From positions 753,340-785,339 of the forward strand of contig CAVZDU010000002.1 in assembly GCA_963774265.1 (NCBI GenBank): a DNA stretch of 32,000 nucleotides. Direction: 5' to 3'. Below, in pieces: positions 16,501 through 23,229 of this stretch. Below the pieces are notes generated by a model. It had not been told where the DNA came from, did no database searches, and saw only the letters and a list, made by a program, of their open reading frames with translations. A program made the translations under genes and the position numbers. Origin of the DNA: an uncultured Chloroflexia bacterium (GTDB taxonomy: Bacteria; Chloroflexota; Anaerolineae; CG2-30-64-16). Within the stretch, counting starts at the first letter, position 1. The number at the start of each line of letters is the position of its first letter.

Positions 16501-17550
16501 AGCCCGGATCGCCGCTGGCTGATCTTCGAGGGGGCCGACGGCGCCATCTATCGCACGGACATGCAGGCAGCCGATCCGGTTGCCGGCATAGGTAAGCTCT
16601 CCGGCCCCGTCAGCAACGTCCAGCGCATCCACGTCGACCGTGATAGCCGGGAGATCGTGGCTCTGGCGGCCGACGCGAAGCTCTATCGCTGGCGGCTCGC
16701 CGAGCCCGACCGTCAGCCCGAGGTCCAGGCCCTGCCCGGCGGTGACAGCAGCATCGGTGACTCGCGGATAAGCCCCGACAACCGCTGGGTCGTCATGGGA
16801 TTCCGCGTGCCCGTGCTCTTCGTCGGCGTCGCCAATCAGACGCTGCTGTGGGATACGGACGCCGCGGCGGGCGCTGGCCCCTACAATGTCAAGGCGGAGC
16901 AATCGGCCACCAGCGCCGTGGCCTTCAGCGCCGACAGCCGCACCCTGTTCACCGCCAGCACCGACGGCGCCGTGCGTGCCTGGGACTTGGCTGCGCCTGA
17001 TCCAACGGTCGATCCGCGGCTGCTCCGGGGCAATCCCTACCTGGTGACCGCCCTGGCCGCCAGTCCCGACGGGCGCTGGCTGGTAGCCGGCACGGGCTGC
17101 CCGCTCATCATCGGGGAGTGCGATCACTCGGTTCGCCTCTGGGACCTGGCACTGGCTGATCCAGGCGCGCCGCCGCTGATCCTGCGGGGGCACGCGGCCG
17201 ATATCCGGGGTCTGGCGTTCAGCAGCGACGGTCGCTGGCTGGTCACGGGAGATAGTAGCAGTGTTCTGCGCTTGTGGGACCTGGCCGCTGCGCAGCCCAG
17301 CGCCACCGTGCGCCAACTGCCGGGTGACGCGGGCGACGTGTCCTATTTTGCCTTCAGCGCGGACGATCTGACACTGATCAGCGCGAGCCAGGATGGCATC
17401 ATCCGTTTTGCGCCCCTGCGCGCCGAATCTCTCCTCGCCGCGGCCTGCCGCGCTGTGGGCCGCAACCTGTCGGTCGAGGAGTGGCAGCGCTATTTCCCTA
17501 GCGAGGACTATCGTCCCACCTGCAGCCAATGGCCTGACGCGTTGTGGTGA
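12677..17550 (+). CDS. TIR - STAND P-loop NTPase (nSTAND/NACHT-like) - TM helix - WD40-repeat protein; single gene interrupted by two 1-nt frame breaks (~1623 aa if bridged)
   Basis: Three consecutive frames carry a colinear protein. Segment 12677..~13388: TIR, PYRGLLPFEAEHARFFFGRD, Walker A GASGSGKSS at 13259..13285. Segment ~13392..~13578: LAGQLATFVPP...RPALLFVDQFEELFTLC, the Walker B. Segment ~13579..17550: DGPEHCRMAAEQFIANL...RVVLTLRADFLDRC...HEALIQGWSALRGWLE, a hydrophobic helix, at least 15 blades of [FI]S[PA]DGRWL type, and the conserved tail RNLSVEEWQRYFP..Y.PTC. Confidence 0.85.
13600..17550 (+). CDS. ORF piece 3 of the TIR-STAND-WD40 gene (NTPase C-terminal half, TM helix, WD40 array)
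   Basis: Track ORF of 1316 aa. This frame is already open and protein-like from ~13579 (DGPEHCR before the listed Met). Confidence 0.85.
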   Translation: MAAEQFIANLADAAERGDGQIRVVLTLRADFLDRCLAYPDLRKLLEDRQLLLGPLAQADLRDAIVRPAQQVGAFLEKGLVNAILADVGDEPGNLPLVQHALHELWLARRGPWLTLDAYEASGGVAGALGRRAQATYDALPPEQQIIARNILLRLATLGEGVSDTRRRAERAELYPVGVDPAQVNAVIQALSGPDARLLVTDEDTVDMAHEALIQGWSALRGWLEASREALRTQHRLTEAANEWGRDRDESYLYRGVRLAEIEEWAAVHGRGMNALEAEFVRISVAMRDREALREDERRRRELEQAQALAREQQQRAEAQKASAIRLRQRALLAGMIGLVALVFAFFAIRFGLQAQANANRARTLEQYANEKADDLQVALVGEREALIREQDALSQTVKTLDLLSTREVEARAAQATAEFARVEEAEAREMAVDERNRAEEQVRVARSRQFATYAEAAWPALPQRSLLLGVEALRQTLDAGEPSVPAAEDVVRQALVSFSGQTLGGHQGGVTVAAISPDGRWLASGGGSLFSQKGDTNLHWWDLEAPDPAVSHQVIPLGDGFLYHARFSPDAHWLVGSTLERQENELRVASHLWKVSAAGLRSTSWLSSTLPIAFSADGRWLVSSQGGLLGGESSGLLLWDMMAVPPTSNTLMSAPLTVLSGFETDQRWLVASGADGRLYLWDLLALSPTAAPVSLPAMGEVKQVAASRDGRWLAASRAAGPVHVWNLARPDAPPTALDAGIEVDKLAFSPNGRWLLVQPQEGSISLWRLEDPGPVSPSLLLSGRFYGSLQIAFSPDSRWLAVAVMGVAPRVLDMRAPDPPASELVLTGQSCGGLLVISADSRWLVAVDGAQTCIWDLAANLSGQDPVVLRGRESSNMSPSISQAGRWLAVGGSGMVQLHDLTQPLPVPPGTLRSTHRSDIEWFGVTQDGHWLVTADDYDTRLWDLTGPAISRVITTTTGYGNKSPTLSPDRRWLIFEGADGAIYRTDMQAADPVAGIGKLSGPVSNVQRIHVDRDSREIVALAADAKLYRWRLAEPDRQPEVQALPGGDSSIGDSRISPDNRWVVMGFRVPVLFVGVANQTLLWDTDAAAGAGPYNVKAEQSATSAVAFSADSRTLFTASTDGAVRAWDLAAPDPTVDPRLLRGNPYLVTALAASPDGRWLVAGTGCPLIIGECDHSVRLWDLALADPGAPPLILRGHAADIRGLAFSSDGRWLVTGDSSSVLRLWDLAAAQPSATVRQLPGDAGDVSYFAFSADDLTLISASQDGIIRFAPLRAESLLAAACRAVGRNLSVEEWQRYFPSEDYRPTCSQWPDALW

Positions 17551-17613
17551 TCTACCGCGGTGACGGTGGCGGAGAGGATCAGGCTACGAACCATCAACTG
17601 AGAGGGTCCGAAT

Positions 17614-18184
17614 ATGCCTATCGACCAGGGGTCAGCCGAGGATATGCACCTGAGGACGCAACTGGACGAGCTGCAGCGGCGCTATGATGTCCTGACAAGA
17701 CGCATCGCGGCTCTTGACATCGACATAGGTCGCGAATTGGACTCCGAGCGCAAGCTTATCCTTCAAGAGCGTCGAGCGGATCTGGAGGCTGAACGGGATC
17801 AAATCCTAAACGACCTGGTAGAATTGGATTCCGCCGTCCGCGATTCGCGACGGAGTGACACGGTCGCGCCGCCGCGTCCTCACCCAACCTCTGCGCCAAC
17901 AACTCGTGGACGCGGTTCTGCGGATTCCGGCATCCGATTCCTTTGAGGGAAGAACAGCGTTCGTGCTGGGCCTACCTGCATCACTGAGTCGCAGTCCCAC
18001 CAACGCACGCGCGGACCTCGATGCGATCTTCGGGCAACTCGATGGACTGGGCCGGTTGGATTCGGGTCAGTGGCCGCTGCTTGTGGTGATCGACAACATT
18101 CTGACCTATGCCCGTGGTTTCGAAGTTCACGGGATCATCAGCCAGGTCAGGCAGGGCCTGGAAGACGCCTACCGCGGCCATTGA
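17614..18184 (+). CDS. Coiled-coil + unassigned helical-domain protein (satellite 2); two overlapping ORFs that look like one gene with a 1-nt frame break (~189 aa if bridged)
   Basis: ATG 17614 sits 8 nt after GAGGG. ORF 17614..17946 gives the coil LRTQLDELQRRYDVLTRRIAALDIDIGRELDSERKLILQERRADLEAERDQILNDLVELDS and then P/R/T-rich nonsense. The frame open from 17822 (track ORF 17855..18184) reads ...RRVLTQPLRQQLVDAVLRIPASDSFEGRTAFVLGLPASLSRSPTNARADLDAIFGQLDGLGRLDSGQWPLLVVIDNILTYARGFEVHGIISQVRQGLEDAYRGH. GTG 17855 has no convincing RBS. Confidence 0.7.
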
Positions 18185-18220
18185 TGTACGGTCAGCGGCG
18201 CGTACGCCTCCCGCCCGCGG

Positions 18221-18250
18221 TTGTATCGCACGATACGACTTCACGGTCAT
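18221..18250 (+). repeat. 30-bp direct repeat R1 with a palindromic core
   Basis: ttgtatcgcacgatacgacttcacggtcat is 27/30 identical to R2. Confidence 0.8.
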
Positions 18251-18424
18251 CCCACCTGGGCTATCATGGCGACACTAATGTCGCCGCAGTCGGACGCCAT
18301 CACACCCTGCACCTAACGTTGAGCCCAGGGCCACGTCCGCAAGGGCGGCGCCGCAGGCTCCCTGCGCATCGCCTGCCCAGATGCCTTTGTCAGCACCGCG
18401 ACCCGCCCCCTGTGTATTCCCGTC

Positions 18425-18628
18425 TTAGTCGATGCCGTATCGGCGCAGGGTGCGGCGGACGGTGTTCGTGTGGACGCGTTCGGAGAGCGCGATTTGGCTG
18501 AGGGTGCGGCCGGCGGCGAAGGCGGCGAGGATCTGGCTCGGCTGCAGGAGGCCGGCGCGGGTGGCGAATGAGGGGGTGAGGGTGTAGGTGAACGAGAATT
18601 GTATCGTACGATACGCCTTTACGGTCAT
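18425..18628 (-). CDS. Small helix-turn-helix protein, possibly a recombinase/transposase C-terminal remnant
   Basis: 67 aa. PSQILAAFAAGRTLSQIALSERVHTNTVRRTLRRYGID looks like an HTH_7/resolvase-type helix-turn-helix. The first 20 residues are not convincing. Its ATG lies inside repeat R2. Confidence 0.35.
   Translation of the reverse strand: MTVKAYRTIQFSFTYTLTPSFATRAGLLQPSQILAAFAAGRTLSQIALSERVHTNTVRRTLRRYGID
18599..18628 (+). repeat. 30-bp direct repeat R2 with a perfect 14-bp palindrome GTATCGTACGATAC
   Basis: ttgtatcgtacgatacgcctttacggtcat; the palindrome is at 18601..18614. Confidence 0.8.
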
Positions 18629-18641
18629 AACGAGCTGTGAT

Positions 18642-20090
18642 GTAACTGTTCAGCGTTGGGGTAAGGGAGTTTAGATGGGTGCGGGTGCGCAGGCGGTCTG
18701 GGGTAGTTGGAGGGCGCGCAGACACTCGGTCAGCGGATTCAGGCGGCGGGCCTGCCAGGTACCGAACACACTGGCCAAGGTGAAGCGGGTATCGGTGCCG
18801 GCGGCGGAGCGCGAGCCGCCGCTGATTTTGCGCAGCACGACCAAGGGCCGAATGCTGCGCTCAGCCAGATTATTATCGGCTGGCACCTCCGGCAGGAGTA
18901 CAAACTGAAATAACTCGTCTTGGTGGCGCAGCAGGCGTTTCGCCAGGACCGCACAGGGCTGGGCGGGCTCCAGCGCATACTGCTGACCCAGGACACAGGC
19001 GCGGGTGTGCAGGCGCAGATACTGCTGGGTCCGGGCCGCGGCGCTGGGCGTCGGGTGCTCGTGGAGCCAGGTCTGGGCGTCCTCGTAGAGTTGGCGGACG
19101 GCCGCGGCCCACGCCAGCACCTCCGCCGTCGCCCCGTGGGCCTCTTTGAGGGCATGCAGGTCGCGCAACAGATGCACCCAGCAGCGCTGATGGTGGCCGG
19201 GGATCGGGTTGTAGGCCGCATAGAAATCCGTGACCAGACAACCCCGCCAGTCGGGACCCAAGACCCGCTGCGGCACGAAGTGGCTGCGGCCGGGATCGTA
19301 CGCGTAGTAGCGCACGGCCGCCGGACCTGCGGTCACAAAAGCCCAGGCCCAACCGTTCTGACCGCACTCGCGCCAGCTCGTTTCGTCGCCATGCACTACC
19401 GGGCTGGCCTGTACGGCCCGTTTGAGTTGCTCCGCGAGCGGCTGCAAGTGCTGCTGGACATCGTGCGCCAATTCGGCGATCTCCCCAATGCTGAGGTGCA
19501 GGCCATGCAGCGTCTGCAAGTAACTCTGCACCAGCCGCACCGGCAGTCGCAACGTCGTGCGCAAGTACGCCACCACGCTGGCGATGCGCACCCCAATCCG
19601 CCCCTGCCCAAATACCTGACCGCTCAGATCCAGTTGGGGGCTGCGCCAGCGCACACAGTGCGGACACCAGCGCTTCACCACCTGATGCTCGATCACTTCC
19701 ACCGGCTGCGGCGGCGGCAACTCCACCACTTCACGGCTATAGTCGAGGCTCTCGCCGTGCAAAGGATACTGGCAGTCCGGACAGCGCGCCAACGCATGCC
19801 GCTCGACACGCGTCGCAACCATCCGCTTGCGCGACGTGTTGTGCTCGGCCGCGCGCTTCTTACGCGGCGCGGGCGGGGTCTGAGCCTTCTGGCGATTCGG
19901 CTTTACGAACGCCGGCGGATCACCCCGCTGCTGCAGCTGCGCTTCCAGCTCATTGATCCGCGCTAGGGCGAGCGCTAACTGCTCCCGCAACTCGGCATTC
20001 GCCGCTCTCAGGCGCTCGAATGCCTGCTCTTCATCAAGGGTCATGCCCTAATCATGCCATAGCCTGTCAAGGGTAACGCTGAACAGTTAC
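18642..20090 (-). mobile_element. IS66-family insertion sequence (single-ORF type, 1449 bp)
   Basis: A perfect 16-bp terminal inverted repeat GTAACTGTTCAGCGTT lies at 18642..18657, with its complement at 20075..20090. It is flanked by the direct 8-bp duplication GCTGTGAT (18634..18641 and 20091..20098). An 8-bp TSD is typical of IS66. Confidence 0.9.
18671..20044 (-). CDS. IS66-family transposase
   Basis: 457 aa. N-terminal leucine-zipper-like coil; zinc-finger-like CPDCQYPL...CPHCVRW; then HGDETSW, VTDFYAAY, QRCWVHLLRD and the hallmark DNNLAERSIRPLVVLRKISGGSRS. Confidence 0.92.
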   Translation of the reverse strand: MTLDEEQAFERLRAANAELREQLALALARINELEAQLQQRGDPPAFVKPNRQKAQTPPAPRKKRAAEHNTSRKRMVATRVERHALARCPDCQYPLHGESLDYSREVVELPPPQPVEVIEHQVVKRWCPHCVRWRSPQLDLSGQVFGQGRIGVRIASVVAYLRTTLRLPVRLVQSYLQTLHGLHLSIGEIAELAHDVQQHLQPLAEQLKRAVQASPVVHGDETSWRECGQNGWAWAFVTAGPAAVRYYAYDPGRSHFVPQRVLGPDWRGCLVTDFYAAYNPIPGHHQRCWVHLLRDLHALKEAHGATAEVLAWAAAVRQLYEDAQTWLHEHPTPSAAARTQQYLRLHTRACVLGQQYALEPAQPCAVLAKRLLRHQDELFQFVLLPEVPADNNLAERSIRPLVVLRKISGGSRSAAGTDTRFTLASVFGTWQARRLNPLTECLRALQLPQTACAPAPI

Positions 20091-20789
20091 GCTGTGATAG
20101 CATGCCTAAGGTCGGACGATGTCATGTCTTGCACACAACCTCGATGCCCGGGGCAAGATCCTTGCGTGTGTGCCGCGCAACGTGCAGATTGAGGTTGACG
20201 AGCAGCTCATCACGGCCGTCAATTTCGTGATCGAAGCGAGAGAGTGGACACCGGCCGAGGATGGAGGGCGAGCCGGCGCCGGACACAGCGAGACTGGGGA
20301 CTAGTCAGGGAAACACCCTGCAAAATCCTGCGCTATGGTGGAGCGGAGAATCGCTCGCACGCAGATCGCTATGCCATAGCTCCTGCAAAAAGCGCCGGCC
20401 GACCTACGCGCCCGGCTGGAAGCCGTCACTACCAAGATGCCGCCAGACAGGACCGTAGTCAAGGGGATCCATGATGGCTACGACTTGATGCTGAATTGTT
20501 GCGGCAGGGCTGCACGCTTTCCACGACCGAACGCATCACATATCCGGGAACGGTATTCATGCCGAGGATTGATTGCTAAATCCGCGCTGGGTTTGTATCG
20601 GGAATCCAGCACTTCCCGGCCTGCATCAGGGGTGAGCGCGGACCACAGATTACCCCTGAGGACGCGGTTGTCGCGGTGCAGAAAGCAGAAGCGGTTTCCG
20701 AATCGGCGCGAACGTGTCAGCCCATTGAACTCGGCAGGGCTTGACCCGCTGCTGGGGGCTGCTTCCATCAGCCCCCAGCAGCTAAACAC

Positions 20790-21333
20790 GTGATCATTGA
20801 CATAGACACAGTATTTGGCTTCTGGCCATCTCGGAACGTAGATATATCCCTGGTTCGTTTGATCCAGGTGATGGAACAGCATGCCATCGGCTCTGCCTGC
20901 ACTTGCTCAGCGCGTGGCGTGTGCTACCTCTACCTGGCTGGCAATGAAGAGACCATCGCCCAAACCCATGATAGGCCAGGACTGCTTCCAGTCCTGACTG
21001 TCGACCCTCGGCGTTACCTGGGCGTCCGTGATGAGATCCGGCGTCGCAAAGCAGAGGGTTACCGGCTTTTTCGGCTCTTTCCGCAGTATCGCGGAGCACA
21101 TTTATATCTCGACGCGTTTTATGATCGGCCCGGGATCGTTGGAGATCGCGGCTTCCGCACTCGGCTGGGAGCGACTGGTTTTTGGGTCGCATGCACCACT
21201 CGAGTATGTCGGTGCGGCATTGGACCTTGTCACCCATTCCGATCTGCCGGACATGCAAAAGCGAGCGATCTTGGGCGACAATGTGGCCAGGCTCCTGAAT
21301 TCGGAAGGAGGAACCGCCAGTGAAGATCATTGA
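20790..21333 (+). pseudogene. Amidohydrolase (Amidohydro_2-type) remnant with an internal deletion and frame change
   Basis: The N-part VIIDIDTVFGFWPS...LLPVLTVDPRRY..EIRRRKAEGYRLFRLFP joins, in another frame, the C-part NIYISTRF..GWERLVFGSHAPLEY...QKRAILGDNVARLL. The total is ~181 codons against 244-249 aa for the intact paralogues at 27641 and 28392, so the central metal-binding part is missing. Confidence 0.65.
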
Positions 21334-21915
21334 TACTCACGGGCACCTTGGCCTGTGGCCATTTCCTCAGGTCGATGTCTCGCCCGAACAAATGGTAGCA
21401 GGTCTAAAGAGGTCGGAAATCGCTCAGATCATTATCTCCTCCGGCTTGGCTATCGTCTATGATTTTCGCGAAGGGAACCGTCGCTTAGCCGATGAAATAG
21501 AGCCACATCCTGAGCTCTTTGGGTACGTCACGCTCAATATGAACTACCCGAAGGAGGGTGAAGGTGAGCTAGACTTGTACCTTGAGCGATCCAAGTTCGT
21601 GGGGGCCGAGATCCATCCTATGTGCGCGCAATGGCGCACATGGGCGGAGATGTCTGGGCCGAGGGGATAGCAGTAGCGAGCGAAGCGCCCAACATCTATC
21701 TGGATCCTTGCGCGTCCTGGGCCGATGCCGACAAGATCAGTTTGGCTGTCAAATCGCTTGGCGCTGACCGCATGCTCTTCGGGTCGGATTATACCCTTTT
21801 CGATCCTAACCAAACCCTTGGTATGCTGCGAGATGCTGATCTGACACCACAGCAGCGAGATGCGATTGCGCATGGTAATGCCGAGCGTCTTTTCACGCTG
21901 CCTGATGTAGGTTGA
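21320..21915 (+). pseudogene. Second amidohydrolase (Amidohydro_2-type) remnant with an internal deletion and frame change
   Basis: VKIIDTHGHLGLWPF...LFGYVTLN...FVGAEIHP is followed, in another frame, by YVRAMAHMGGDVW...APNIYLDPC...GADRMLFGSDYTLF...AIAHGNAERLF. The total is ~198 codons, with roughly 55 aa missing between the IHP and HMGG regions. Confidence 0.65.
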
Positions 21916-21934
21916 GGGAGAGTCCTGAGAATCC

Positions 21935-23219
21935 ATGACAAGCATCGATCTGCCGTATACCCCTGATCGTCACATCAACTTCACTCTGCCAAGCGGAATT
22001 CATGCCACAATCTGCGCACCCCATGTGCCATCGGTGCCTACAAATCCGAGGGCGCTTGTGGAACACGCGCTGGATAACCCGCTGCAAAGCAGTCGACTTG
22101 AGGCGCTGGTTTCGGCGCATGACCGGGTGCTGATTATCTGCGATGACAACACACGTCCCCTGCCAGCGCGTCTTGTACTGCTTCCCGTGTTGGCTCGCCT
22201 GAATAAGGCGGGGGTGCCTGATCGGCAGATAGAAGTTCTTTTTGCAGCCGGAACCCACCGGCCAATGTCGCCTCTTGAGATGCAGGACAAAGTGGGTGCC
22301 GAGGTCTTCGGGCGGACAGCGTGTCACAACCATGACGCGTTTGACCGTTCGCAGTTGCGACACTACGGCAGATTCTCTGGAAGGAGTGGATGTTTGGCTC
22401 AACAGCCGTGTGAGTGAGGCGTCGTTTGTGATGGCTGTTGGCAACATTGCCCCCCATGCGATTGTCGGTTATGGGGGTGGAGCAAAAATCCTCTACCCGG
22501 GCGTGGCTGGCAGTGATACGATTGCAGGGTTCCACGTTACCTTCAGCCTAGATCCAATCAACTATTATGGTTTTTTCCCGACACCGGCCCGAACCAGTAT
22601 CCGTCATCTAGCCGACGTGGCTGGGCTTGAGTTTACTGTCAATACAGTGTTGACGGATAACCGCGAGGTCGTAGATGTCTTTGCGGGCCAACATGAAGCT
22701 GTGCTCACGGCAGGTGTGGGGGTTGCGCGACATATCTACGGCATTCCTTCTTCCCGCCTGCATGATGTGGTCGTAGTCAGCTCCTATCCCGGCTGGATCG
22801 ATTTCTGGCAAGGCTGCCGCGGTGCCTTTGCCGGCGCCACCCTGGCGAAACCCGGGGGAGACATTATAGTCGTCACAGCATGTCCTGAGGGTTCCTCCCA
22901 TACTTATCCCAATCATCCAGACTATGTCGGAATGCCCACAGCCTTACTTGCAGACCATCTCCGATCTGGCGACTTGCCAGATCCAGTCTGCGCAGCTGGA
23001 GCGATCAAGGTTGGATACCTCCGCGAGCAGTACCGGGTATCGATTGTATCTGAGGGCTTGAAATCGGATGAGGTACGGCGCATGGGCTTTGATCGGTACC
23101 CCACCGTTGAAGCGGCGCTAGAGGTCGTTCTCTCCCGCCGAACCGACTTGAAGGAGATTGGAGTGATGCCTTATGGCGGCGCGTTCTGCTATCGCAATGC
23201 CTCGAACCCAAATCAGTAA
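21935..23219 (+). CDS. LarA-like nickel-pincer-dependent racemase/epimerase (DUF2088), one frame break near 22365..22372 (~427 aa if bridged)
   Basis: ICDDNTRPLP, FAAGTHRPMS and NHDAFD..QLRHYG occur in frame A (ORF 21935..22417). They continue as DSLEGVDVWLNSRV..ASFVMAVGNIAPHAIVGYGGGAKILYPGVAG... in frame B (ORF 22242..23219). The bridged length matches LarA-type proteins. Confidence 0.75.
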
Positions 23220-23229
23220 AAGAGGAGTG

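Noticed and set aside
15112-17415. Periodic repeats that might look like a CRISPR-type or tandem DNA repeat array
   Set aside because: The periodicity is at the protein level (WD40 blades of ~40-45 aa) with diverged nucleotides. There are no identical short DNA repeats with unique spacers.
15940-17529. 529-aa minus-strand ORF (plus 14611..15372, 14355..14954 and others) antisense to the WD40 region
   Set aside because: It is an R/A/G/P-rich low-complexity translation with no motifs. It lies entirely opposite a strongly supported plus-strand gene, so it is a typical shadow ORF of high-GC DNA.
18920-19966. 348-aa plus-strand ORF opposite the IS66 transposase
   Set aside because: It has no transposase or other motifs, whereas the minus-strand frame has the full IS66 signature set.
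20748-20782. Perfect 11-bp GC-rich hairpin gctgctggggg-(13 nt)-cccccagcagc just upstream of the amidohydrolase remnant
   Set aside because: It is a real inverted repeat, but no U-tract follows on either strand and the adjacent genes are decayed, so I cannot support a terminator or attenuator call.
20119-20882. ORFs 20119..20304 (+), 20437..20793 (+) and 20478..20882 (-) in the gap between the IS66 element and the amidohydrolase remnant
   Set aside because: I find no recognisable motif in any frame. The 134-aa minus ORF overlaps the amidohydrolase start by ~90 nt. These are left uncalled rather than given an invented product.
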